From assembly GCA_965112735.1 (NCBI GenBank), contig OZ218951.1:4526001-4590000 (forward strand): 64,000 bases of DNA. The letters run 5' to 3'. Position numbers and translations under genes: made by a program. This DNA comes from Phaeosaccion multiseriatum (Eukaryota > Protista > Ochrophyta, other classes). Positions 23,414 through 33,616 of this stretch are shown one piece after another (position 1 is the stretch's first letter; each line of letters starts with the position of its first letter). Under the pieces are notes generated by a model that did no database searches, was not told the DNA's origin, and saw nothing but the letters and a program-made list of their open reading frames with translations.

Positions 23414-26400
23414 ATGTGGGTTCTGCCAAGTCGGGGGCAGAAGAGGAAGCTGCCTACGAAGCAGGATGAGAAGCAGGGCGAGCCAAAAGGGAAGAAGAAG
23501 GAGCAGCAGCCGCAGAGGCAGCAGCCGTCGCAGCAACAGCGGCAGAGGAAGAGAAAGGATGGTGTTTCGGGTGAGGCGGGCGAAGGGGACGGCCCGGACC
23601 TCTTCTCGGCACCACGGAGAAAGAAGAAGAAGACGCGGCCGCCAAAGAAGAGAGACGGAGACCACCAGCGACAGCAGGGACAGCAGCAATGGCAGCAGCA
23701 GACGGGGCAGCGGCAGCTGACGGAGGAGGAGACGAAGCGGCGAGTGGCCTTGAACAACGACATTGCCGCGCACGGTAAGCGCAAGGACCTGGCCGCGGCA
23801 ACGAGCTGCTTCGAGGAGGCACTGCAGGCCGGCTTGGCCAACGATTTCACCTACACCATCATGATGAACGCGTACATTCGCTGTGGGAGCGTGAAAGAGG
23901 CGGAGGCGCTTCTACCGCAGATGCGAAACGCGGGCTTCCGCCCTGGAGTCGTAGCGTACACCTCCCTCGTCAATGGCGTGTGTAGGCAGGGCAGGCTTGC
24001 CGAGGCGTGGGCCCTCCTCGATCAGATGGATGGGACGGGGGTGGGGAAAGCGGCTTGCAGCCCCAACATTCGCACGGCCAACACCTTCCTCAGGGGTTGT
24101 CTGCTCAATGGAGACTTGCGGAGAGCGGAGCAGTGCTGGCAGAAAATGAAGGACACGTGGCATGTAAGGTACCTGCGGTGGCGCCTCTACGTTACCCAAT
24201 ACATGTGTATATGTACATACGTGTGTGTGTGTCTGTGTGTGTGTGTGTCTTTTGTCTCACTCCGCCTGTGCGTGTTGTGTTCGTGTGTTTGTGTGTGGGC
24301 GCACTCAAGACGCTCACTCACTCAACTCAAAATACTCACAACATTCACTCACTCCCTCTCCCCTCACTCACTCACTCACTCACTCACGCACTCACACAGG
24401 TGGAAGGCGATGCCTCTTCCTTCGAAATGATGGTGGGGATGCGCAGTCAGGGCCTCCGAGTGAAGGAGGCAGGGCAACTCCTGGCCAAGCTGCAGCAGCA
24501 GTCCTTTGCAGAGGCATCCTCAGTGGCAGCAGGGGCAATCAACATGGCCCGGGCGGCAGCGTTGATGGGCATGTGGACTCGGTGCGAAGACGGTCTGGCG
24601 CTTGCCACTCAGTCCTTGAAAGAGGGAGAGGTCAGGTCACCATCAGGAGCACTCACAAATGGCAACGGGGGTGGTGGTGGTGGTGATGGTGGGGACCACA
24701 GTATCAGCGCTAATAGTAGTAATCGTGGTGGCGGGGTGGGAGGAGGCAAGCGCGGGTGGAAAGAGACGGCAGCAAGGGCGGAGTCAGCGAGCCTGTTCCG
24801 CTCGCATCGCTCGGGGCATCTATTGAGGGAGGTCGAGTTCATTCGTGCCTTTGCACGCCGGAGAAAGGGCAAGGCCCTTGACCTAAGCAAGAGCTTTAGG
24901 AGAGTGCTTTCCTTTACGACAGAGGAGGAGGAGGCGGCGGGGCACTGCAGTGAAGAGAGCGTCGCGACCGGACAGGGCAAAGGCAAGGGCAAGGACAAGG
25001 GCAAGGGCAAGGGTAAGGGTGGAAACGGGGGTGGTGGGGTTGGCGATGCGGCTGTATCACCAACTGCTGCTACGGCTGGGCAAGGGCAAGGGCAAGCGCA
25101 AGGAGGCGTTGTGGAGAAGCTGTATGGGGCTCTGCAGTGTAGCTTCGGTCTATCTGCCACTCCCGCCTCCGTCCAGCTCGCCGTCAGAGACGCCTTGAAG
25201 AGAACATTCAGCAGCCACACCAGTCGGAAGGAGGAAGAGGAGGAGGAGGAGGAGGGCAGGGGCAGCGAAGAGCGTATTTGCTTTTCCAGTCTGTTTGATG
25301 AGGAGCAGCCCGTGGGTGGAAAGAGTAGCAGCAGCAGTGGTGGTGGTGGTTACCGCCAGCCTGTGAAGATGGAGATTTGCTCCGGTGCAGGGGAGTGGGT
25401 AGTGGCCCAGGCCCAAGCTGACATGGGAACGGCGAAGTGGTGCGCTCTGGAGATCCGCCACGATCGCTGCTACCAAGGTACGCACGCACTCACGCGCGCA
25501 CTCACGCTCTCAATGTCACTTTCGCGGTATTACATTCCTTCCTTGTCGCTGCTCCCTCAACGCATTGTTCACATGTGCAGAGAGGGGGGGGTGCTCATAT
25601 CTAACAAGGATCTGGGAAGGATGTTCTTCCCCTAACCCAAACAGCCCCCGCCCGCCCCTCCCTCCCTTGCCCTCCTAGCCCTTCTGTTGTTCCTCCAGCG
25701 CCTTACTCCTCCTCCTCTCTCTCTCTTGCTCCTCTTCTCCTCCTCTCTCTCTCTCTTGCTCCTCTTCTCCTCCTTCTCTCTCTTGCTCCACTCCACAGCT
25801 TGGAGCCGGGCCGTGATGAGTGAGCTTGACAACTTGGCCGTGTTTGCGGGCAACGCCTCCATAGTCCTCGACAAGTACACCGGGGTAGGGTACGGGGTGG
25901 GGGGTAGGGGGAAGGTGGAGGCGTCATCTCACGTCTCACGTCACTTACTCCCTACCTCATCTTCACTGTCACTACTGCTCCTGCTGCTCCTGCTGCTGCT
26001 CGTGCTGCTGCTGCTGCTGCTGCTGCTCTCCCCTCCTGCTGTTTCCAGGCCGGCACAGTGGACTGCGTGTTCATCAACCACCCCGAGCCTCCGCAGCAAG
26101 CCAACGACGCCCTCTCGTTCCAAGGGGACCATCTGCTCACAGGTACGTACGCACACTACTTGCATCACTCACTACTTACAGCATTCACACACAAAGAGAG
26201 AGAGAGGGAGAGGGAGAGAGATACAGTCTCGTGCGCCCTTTTGTCTGTGAAGGCCCCAACCTCCCTTTGCTCTCTCTCTCTGTTGTCCTTCCCGCGTTGT
26301 TGGCTTGTTGAGTAAGAAACTAATTTCGCACACGGATTCCCCACGCAAACACATGCCCCATGCGCACACGCACACACACGTACACACACACGCACGCTTA

Positions 26401-27532
26401 CACGCATACACACACACGCGCACACACGCACATACACGTACACACATACACGCACACACACCCACCCACAGCCTCCTTCTTCCGCACCTTGCACCGCGTG
26501 CTGGTCCCCGGGGGGCTATGCACTGTGGTGACGGACAATCTCTGGTACGCAAGGGTGATGCTTCACGTGCTCGCCACACTGACGGCTCAAGCAGTTGGTG
26601 ATACAGCAGCAGCAGCAGGAGGAGGGGGAGGGGGAGGAGGAGGAGGAGGAGGAGGAGGAGGAGGAGGAGAAGGAGGAGGAGGAGGAGGAGGAGGAGGAGG
26701 AGGAGGAGGAGGAGGAGGAGGCAAAGGTGGTGGACTATTTTCGTCTGCGCGTGCCCTCCTGAAGGCTGGTGGGTTGGAAGAGCAAGACGCGGAGGGGGGG
26801 CTTCGGCTGTACAGGTGAGGGAGGGAGGGAGGGAGGGAGGGAGGGAGGGAGGGAGGGAGGGAGGGGAGGGAGAGAGAGGAAGGGAGGGAGGGAGGGAGGG
26901 AGGGAGGGAGGGAGGGGCGGACTTGTAGGAGGTTTCAGTTTCAGTTTCTATCCATCTGCCCCCACCATTTACTCTCCTTCTGTGTGTTTGGTTCGGACAG
27001 GGGCAACCCCCCTCGGGTTTGCGGGCACGCCAGTGTGGATTCGTCAAGCTACTTTGACCGTCTCAAGAAGGAGGAGAAGGCTAGGAGGGGGCAGAAGCTT
27101 TGTAACTACTTCATCTGCGTAGAGAAGAAGGGGGTAGGACGAGTAGGACAGGTAAAGGTGAAGGGGAATGTGGGGCAAAGGAAGAAGAAGAAGGATGGGA
27201 TGCTAGAGCAGCAGCCTGCTGACCAGCGACAGCGAAGCAAGAACGAGGGCGAGCTCAAGAGTAAGAAGCACAAGAAGCACAAAGAGAAGCCGCCACAATA
27301 CAGGAGGGCAGCAGAGAGTGATAGCCAAGCACCGGAGGAAGAGCGGAGGGAGGAGCAGAACAAGGTGGGCGTACAGCAGCAGCAGCAGCAGCAGCAGGAA
27401 AAAGAGAAGGCGGGCAAGCCAGCGCTTGCCAAAGGAGCAGCAGCAGCAGTAGGAGGTGTCGAGGAGGTGGGGAAGAAGGTGAAGAAGAAGAGGAAGAAGT
27501 TGAGCGAGAAGAAGAGGAAGAAGAAGAACTAG
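23414..27532 (+). CDS. PPR protein with C-terminal TrmB-like tRNA (guanine-N7) methyltransferase domain (PPR-TGM type), multi-exon
   Basis: PPR motifs FTYTIMMNAYIRCG..MRNAGFRPGVVAYTSLVNGVCRQG..PNIRTANTFLRG, then KMEICSGAGEW, ALEIRHDR, NLAVFAGNA, VFINHPEP, HLLT..LHRVLVPGG..VVTDN (TrmB motifs); Lys-rich tail ending at 27532. Confidence 0.85.
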
Positions 27533-27721
27533 GAGAAGGGCGAGAACGAGACGAAGAGCGAGAACCAATAAAATTAGAATTGACAAATTTGGGGGTTAAA
27601 AAATTAAGAGGTGCTGACTGCCCAGTCATGACTTCGCGTGCTGTGGAGGCGAGTGTCCCTCCCCCCTCCCCACACACACCTCTTCCCCTTGAGTCGGAGC
27701 TTTTCCCAACGGTAATAAACT

Positions 27722-27759
<38 letters not shown>

Positions 27760-28142
27760 GTGCGAGAGGGACAGAGAGAGAGAAAGGGAGAGTGTGTGTG
27801 GGAGAGAGAGAAAGAGTGCGTTCTGTCCCCTGTTGCCCATTGTGCATGCCTCTGCTGCAGGGCTGCAACTGCAGCGACTTCAGTATCTCCCAGCACCAGG
27901 CCTCTAGTAATCTGAGGCCAGTAACCGTGTAGTGCCATCCTAGGCAGAGGGGAAGGGATTCCCCTGAAGGAGACGCGGCGGCGGAGCGATGAGAGGCGAC
28001 GCCACTGTCCCCTGCCAGGGCCCTCCTCCGCCCCTCACCAGTGCGACCCCAAAGGCCCACAAAAGCGCTCACTTTGAAGCTATCACGCAAGGCCATAACG
28101 TCTCCCCCCCCCTAGGGGCAAAGTGATGGAAGTTTTTGTTAA

Positions 28143-28259
28143 AGCACCAATGGCTGGACAGAGTCAATTCTACAACTTGGCTATAGCACCAATGGCTTGT
28201 CAGTCAATCCTCTAACTTGGCCATAGCACCAATGGCTTGCCAGTCAATCCTCTAACTTG
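28143..28259. repeat. Three tandem ~40-42 bp units in intergenic DNA
   Basis: AGCACCAATGGCT..AGTCAAT.CT..AACTTG at 28143, 28185 and 28225. Confidence 0.9.
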
Positions 28260-29122
28260 ACTTGCCTTTACGCCGTTGCCGCGTCACTCCTCACCCGGCG
28301 GGCGTGTGCGGGCCGGAAATCCAGACGGGACAGCAAGTGTGTCGATTCACTTCCCCATCTCTCTCGTCTCACTCAGAGCACTCATCAGCTCCTCACCCCA
28401 TGGAGCGAAAAACATCCCCGACATTCGTCCGTCGACAGCACATACGATCCGGCCTCAGCAACCACAAAGAACAGCGAGAGCACCAAGAAGAGGAGTGTTG
28501 GACACGTTGACACCCTCCCAAATCGCCAATTTGATCTCACTATCTGACAATCCGACAGATCTTCCCCACGTCACGCACGCACGCACTGTGCTGTGCTGTG
28601 CTCTTGAGGCTGGGATGGGGGGGGGGTGAAAAGAGAGGGTGCCAGTACCAGCCAGTCCCAGTACCCCTGCCAGTGCTAGTGCCAGAGTCAGGAGGAGGGC
28701 TGCCACTTCGCTCCCCGTACCGACCCACAAAAAGGCAGAGCATAGCACCCGTCCTTCTCGCCGCCACACGAGACAAAGAGGAAGAGAAAAACCCTCGTCC
28801 TGTTCACCATACGGTCCAGCAAAACGCGGCGGAGGGCTGGTGGGGGCAGAGCAGAATACGCTTGAAGGAAGCGCAAAAGTCTTTGCTGCTGTCCTTCCTG
28901 TCTACTGCTGAAGCCAACTGAACAACCAGCCTTCTGGTGGTGGTGGTGCTCCTGCTGCTGCTGCCGTGGCTGCTTGGTGGTGCCGTTGCTGCCGTGGTTG
29001 CTCGCTGGCGGGTGTCCTGCCTTGCCGCTGCTGCTACACACACAGTCAAAGATGAAACGGATAAAACGCCAGCCCCCTTCCTGGCCTTCCGCGCTGCCCC
29101 CTGTTTGCGGTGGGCTGTGCCC

Positions 29123-30264
29123 TTAAATCAGCACCCTTCTGTTGGTCGGGGGTGGTGGTACGATCATGGTCTTGAGCAGCGTCGCTTTGGAAGCGTCCCA
29201 AAAGGGTTGCATTCTCCAAGCCGAAGCGTAGAGCACCAACTGCTGCTGCTTCTCTGAGGAGTCACTCCCGCCGCCGCTACCACCCACCACATCTGCAGAC
29301 ACAGTGGAGACCACCACCAGCTCAGACGTCATCATCCGGGCCACGTCAGCCATCACAATGGATAGATCAAGGGGTCTGTAGCCCGGCGGGAGGGCTACCG
29401 AGAGGCTTTGGAAAAAGCGCCTTCCCACCTCCTCCTCATCCTCCTCCTCCTCCTCCTCCTCCTCCTTCTCCTGCTCCTTCTCTGGCTCCTTCTCCTGCTC
29501 CTTCTCCTGCACGTCCTGCTGCTCGTCCTGCTGCTGCTGCTGCTGCTGCTGAAGCTCGAGGAGGTTAGCGTTGATACTGGCATTGGATTGGAAGCGTGCC
29601 TCGGCGGCCACGGCTTCTGCCACCACCTCAACAGCCCTTCGCACCTCACTCAGCGCGTCACGCAGTAGCTCAAGCACGGCAGACATCTCGGACTGAAGGT
29701 CTGTGATTCGCTGCTCTACCTTGAGAGACGTGGCCGTCATCAAGCCGCGGTGCGCCGATAAGCCTCCCCACCCATCCCCGCCGGAAGCCCCTTTACCCGC
29801 GGACAACCCAGAGAAGGTCGAAGGCGGCGGCGCGGATGCCTCATCCACATGGGTTCGGAGCTGGGCGGATGCAAGACGGGGGGGAGGTGGAATGAAGAGG
29901 TGTGAGGGGAGGGCGTACTTGAGGTGACGATGATGCCGTGTCTTCTTGGCGGGTACCCCTCTTCCATCTCTTCCACCCGCCTGAGCCCCTCCGCTTCAGG
30001 TCTTATATCCAGGCCTAAACCCAAGCTGGTGCTGTCGCGCTGCAATTGTTTCCTCCTTTCTCCAAAATTTGGCCTGCTCTTGTGCAACCAAGCCTCACCC
30101 CTCCCCAATATTGTAAGTCTCCAACCCTACCTGTGCCGTGTTGCTAAGGTCAGCCAGAAGGCTTTCGCCGTGCTTCTTGGTGGCCGCCCATGAAGCCAGC
30201 GCCTCAAGCACCGCCGCGAAGAGGTGGCGGGCAGAAGCTCTCTCCCCCAGCTGGACGGATAGCA
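29123..30264 (-). CDS. Hypothetical helical/coiled-coil protein, two exons (weak resemblance to the C1orf109/CK2-substrate family)
   Basis: Exon 1 MLSVQLGER..LASWAATKKHGESLLADLSNTAQ|GT (~30130-30264) splices in frame to LRTHVDE.. of ORF 29123-29848, with C-terminal LVLYASAWRMQPFW. The family resemblance is from memory only. Confidence 0.55.
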
Positions 30265-30473
30265 TAATTCTATCTCTCCTCCTTTATACAGTACCCCGTT
30301 CCGACCTAACTATCCCGACTCACAGGGCGGTTTTTTTTGGTTTTTTTTCAACAGATTTACCGCGTTTCTCCTATCTTCTGACCACCAACCGATATCACCA
30401 ACCCTTGCCAGTTGCCGACACGTTGTTTTTTGTTTTCCCAAGAAGCCCCCCCCCCCCCCGTGACTGACTACTG

Positions 30474-32816
30474 ATGAGAGCAGTATCGTTGAGGGGGATG
30501 ACCAGAGCCTTCTTCTCCGCTTGCATTGGCAGGAACGGAAGAGGACCCGCAACAAGAAGAGGCGCCGCGGCTGAACGGCGTGCCGACTCTACTCTCCATC
30601 AGAAGAAGCAGCTGCCGCAGCAATGGTCTTGCTACTCTACTGGGGGGAGTGAGAAGTCGAGGCAGATACGGCTCATGAGGGAGATTCAAGATCTGGGGAG
30701 GAGCAGGGATTGGAAGAGGGTGGCACCTACGCTGGAGCGCGCACGGCAAGAGGGCCTCAAGCCCAATGTGTACTGTATGAGTGCTGCTATTACAGCGATT
30801 GGGAAGTGCGGGCGGTGGAAGGGTGCCTTGGCGCTCTTGGCAGAGATGAGGAAGGAAGGCGTCAGGCCAAACGTGTTCAGCTACAGCGCCGCCATTAACG
30901 CATGCGCCAATGCCAGCCAATATGTGGAGGCAATGGGTTTACTGAGGGAGATGAAGGCAGAAGGACTCGCTCCGAATGAAATCAGCTACAGTACCACCAT
31001 TAACGCATGCGCCAGGGCCAGCCAACATGTGGAGGCAATGCGTTTACTGAGGGAGATGAAGGCAGAAGGACTCACTCCGGATAAAAACAGCTACCACGCC
31101 ACCATCAACGCATGCGCCAGGGCCAGGGAACATGCGAAGGCAATGGGTTTACTGAGGGAGATGAAGGCACAAGGACTCGCTCCGGATGTAATCAGCTACA
31201 ATTTGACCATTAATGCATGTGCCAGAGCCAACCAACACGTCGAGGCAATGGGTTTACTGAGGGAGATACAGGAACAAGGACTCGCTCCGGATGTAGTCAG
31301 CTACAACGCCACCATTAACGCATTCGCCAGGTCCAGCGAACATGTGGAGGCAATGAGTTTACTGAGGGAGATGAAAGCGGAAGGACTCACTCCGGATCAA
31401 ATCAGCTACAGCGCCACCATTAATGCATGCGCCAGAGCCAACCAAGACGTGGAGGCACTTGGTTTACTGAGGGAGATGAAGGCACAAGGACTCGCCCCGG
31501 ATGAAATCAGCTACAGCGCCACCATTAATGCATGCGCCAGAGCCAACCAACACGTGGAGGCAATGGGTTTACTGAGGGAGATGAAGGCACAAGGACTCGC
31601 CCCGGATCAAATCAGCTACAATGCCAGCATTAACGCATGCGCCAGAGCCAACCAACATGTGGAGGCAATGGGTTTACTGAGGGAGATGAAGGTGCAGGGA
31701 CTCGCTCCGGATGAAATCAGCTACAATGCCACCATTAACGCATGCGCCAGGGCGAGCGAATGTGTGGAAGCACTGGGTTTACTGAGGGAGATGAAGGCAC
31801 AAGGACTCGCTCCGAATGCAATCAGCTACAATGCCACCATTAACGCATGCGCCAGGGCCAGCGAATATGTGGAGGCAATGAGTTTACTGAGGGAGATGAA
31901 GGCACAAGGACTCGCTCCGGATGAAATCAGCTACAGTGCCACCATTAACGCATGCGCCAGGGGCGGCCAACATGTGCAGGCACTGGGTTTACTGAGGGAG
32001 ATGAAGGCACAAGGACTCGCTCCGGATGAAATCAGCTACAGCGCCAGCATTAACGCATGCGCCAGAGCCAACCAACACGTGGAGGCACTGGATTTACTGA
32101 GGGAGATGAAGGCACAAGGACTCGCTCCGGATGAAATCAGCTACAGTGCCACCATTAATGCATGCGCCAGGGGCGGCCAACACGTGCAGGCACTGGATTT
32201 ACTGAGGGAGATGAAGGCGGAAGGACTCACTCCGGATGGAATCAACTACAATGCCACCATTAATGCATGCGCCAGAGCCAACCAACACGTGCAGGCACTG
32301 GGTTTACTGAGGGAGATGAAGGCGGAAGGACGCGCTCCGGAAGAAATCAGCTACAACACCACCATTAATGCATGCGCCAGGAGCGGCGAACACGTGCAGG
32401 CACTGGGTTTACTGAGGGAGATGAAGGCGGAAGGAGTTGCTCCGAATGAGATCAGCTACAGTTCCACCATTGATGCTCTGCAGGACGGTGGCAATGAGGA
32501 GGCTGCGGACGAGCTGTACGCAGAGGCCCTATCGCAAGGGATCTTCAGACCTTGGAAGAAAGGGGGGCAGGAGGTGGACTTGCACGACTTCAGCAGGGGA
32601 ACGAGCAAGGCAGCGCTTCGTCACGTGCTCTCAGTGGAGAAGGTGAAGGGTGAGATCCATGTCATCACCGGCCGAGGCCGAGGCAGTGAGGACGGCGTCA
32701 GCGTTCTCAAGCCCGCGGTGCTCGCCTACTTGCAGGAGAGGCCGGGCGTCGAAGTATGGGAAGACGAACACAACCCGGGGAGGGTGGTGATGCGGGTCGG
32801 TGGAGGAGGGCAGTAA
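30474..32816 (+). CDS. PPR-SMR protein: 16-17 P-type PPR repeats plus C-terminal Smr domain, intronless, organelle-targeting-like N-terminus
   Basis: 35-aa repeats (EISYSATINACARANQHVEAMGLLREMKAQGLAPD); Smr motifs VDLHDF, VITGRGRGS, LKPAV, NPGRV; Arg/Ala/Ser-rich N-terminus. Confidence 0.95.
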   Translation: MRAVSLRGMTRAFFSACIGRNGRGPATRRGAAAERRADSTLHQKKQLPQQWSCYSTGGSEKSRQIRLMREIQDLGRSRDWKRVAPTLERARQEGLKPNVYCMSAAITAIGKCGRWKGALALLAEMRKEGVRPNVFSYSAAINACANASQYVEAMGLLREMKAEGLAPNEISYSTTINACARASQHVEAMRLLREMKAEGLTPDKNSYHATINACARAREHAKAMGLLREMKAQGLAPDVISYNLTINACARANQHVEAMGLLREIQEQGLAPDVVSYNATINAFARSSEHVEAMSLLREMKAEGLTPDQISYSATINACARANQDVEALGLLREMKAQGLAPDEISYSATINACARANQHVEAMGLLREMKAQGLAPDQISYNASINACARANQHVEAMGLLREMKVQGLAPDEISYNATINACARASECVEALGLLREMKAQGLAPNAISYNATINACARASEYVEAMSLLREMKAQGLAPDEISYSATINACARGGQHVQALGLLREMKAQGLAPDEISYSASINACARANQHVEALDLLREMKAQGLAPDEISYSATINACARGGQHVQALDLLREMKAEGLTPDGINYNATINACARANQHVQALGLLREMKAEGRAPEEISYNTTINACARSGEHVQALGLLREMKAEGVAPNEISYSSTIDALQDGGNEEAADELYAEALSQGIFRPWKKGGQEVDLHDFSRGTSKAALRHVLSVEKVKGEIHVITGRGRGSEDGVSVLKPAVLAYLQERPGVEVWEDEHNPGRVVMRVGGGGQ
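30870..32475 (+). repeat. 105 bp coding tandem repeat array (about 15 near-identical units)
   Basis: TTTACTGAGGGAGATGAAGGC and ATTAA(C/T)GCATGCGCCAG recur every 105 nt. Confidence 0.95.
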
Positions 32817-33616
32817 GGGATGGAATTCTGGATTGCTTTTCCTCGCCTTTCTTTCAATCCTCCTTTTTCTTGTAACTTTTATAACTCAATTTTCTTGGGG
32901 AAAGCACTGCATCATAAACATCCACCTTTTGGCAAGCCTGCCTAGGGGACATTGAGGTCGAGGTAAGGCCGCACCCACGAGTAGCGCTCTTCCCGCCTTC
33001 AGTGCATCGCTTGCCCACCTGTTTTGTCATTGCTTCGCCCCATTGCTTGGCGTGCGAAAGATGGAGGTTTAATGCCCTATTCGTTTGTGAGCAGTGGTTC
33101 GCTCTTAGTCCCCGGGGGGGCTGATTTAGCGTGGCTGATAGGCTCCAAGGTCCAAGGTGCGGATCATGACATCACGACGTGGTTGCGAAAGCGCGCCCCA
33201 GAACATGAATCTAATGTACGATACTCTCACCCATATGGATACCTGTGGAAGGTTCTCTCGGCTCTCTGGAACCTTCTTCGTTCACAGTTGGCCTACTGAC
33301 TGCGCAGGTGATGACTCTCTGATGTTAGAACGGATGCCGGTGCGGAGGAGAAGTCAATGATAGGCTTTAACAACCCATTCGACCATGCTCGCTTCTTCTA
33401 CTCTCTTGGTTCTTGTATCCACAAGTGTAGACGTGCCGGAGGAGAGCCCTGCAATGAGGTCAGTTTAAAAGGCGTGTGGACATATCTTATTCACCCCTCT
33501 CATTGTAGTTTATATACTATTTCTGCATCCTCCACTCCGTCTCGCCACTAGCCCCCGCTTCTCTTCACCCCTGCGTCTCTCTCTCTCTCTCCCTGCACTC
33601 TTGACGGCTTTTACAA

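Noticed and set aside
28143-28259. Possible CRISPR-like array
   Set aside because: Units are contiguous with no unique spacers; no cas genes; eukaryotic context.
30870-32475. Regular repeat with variable parts resembling a repeat-spacer array
   Set aside because: Fully explained as in-frame 35-aa PPR coding repeats.
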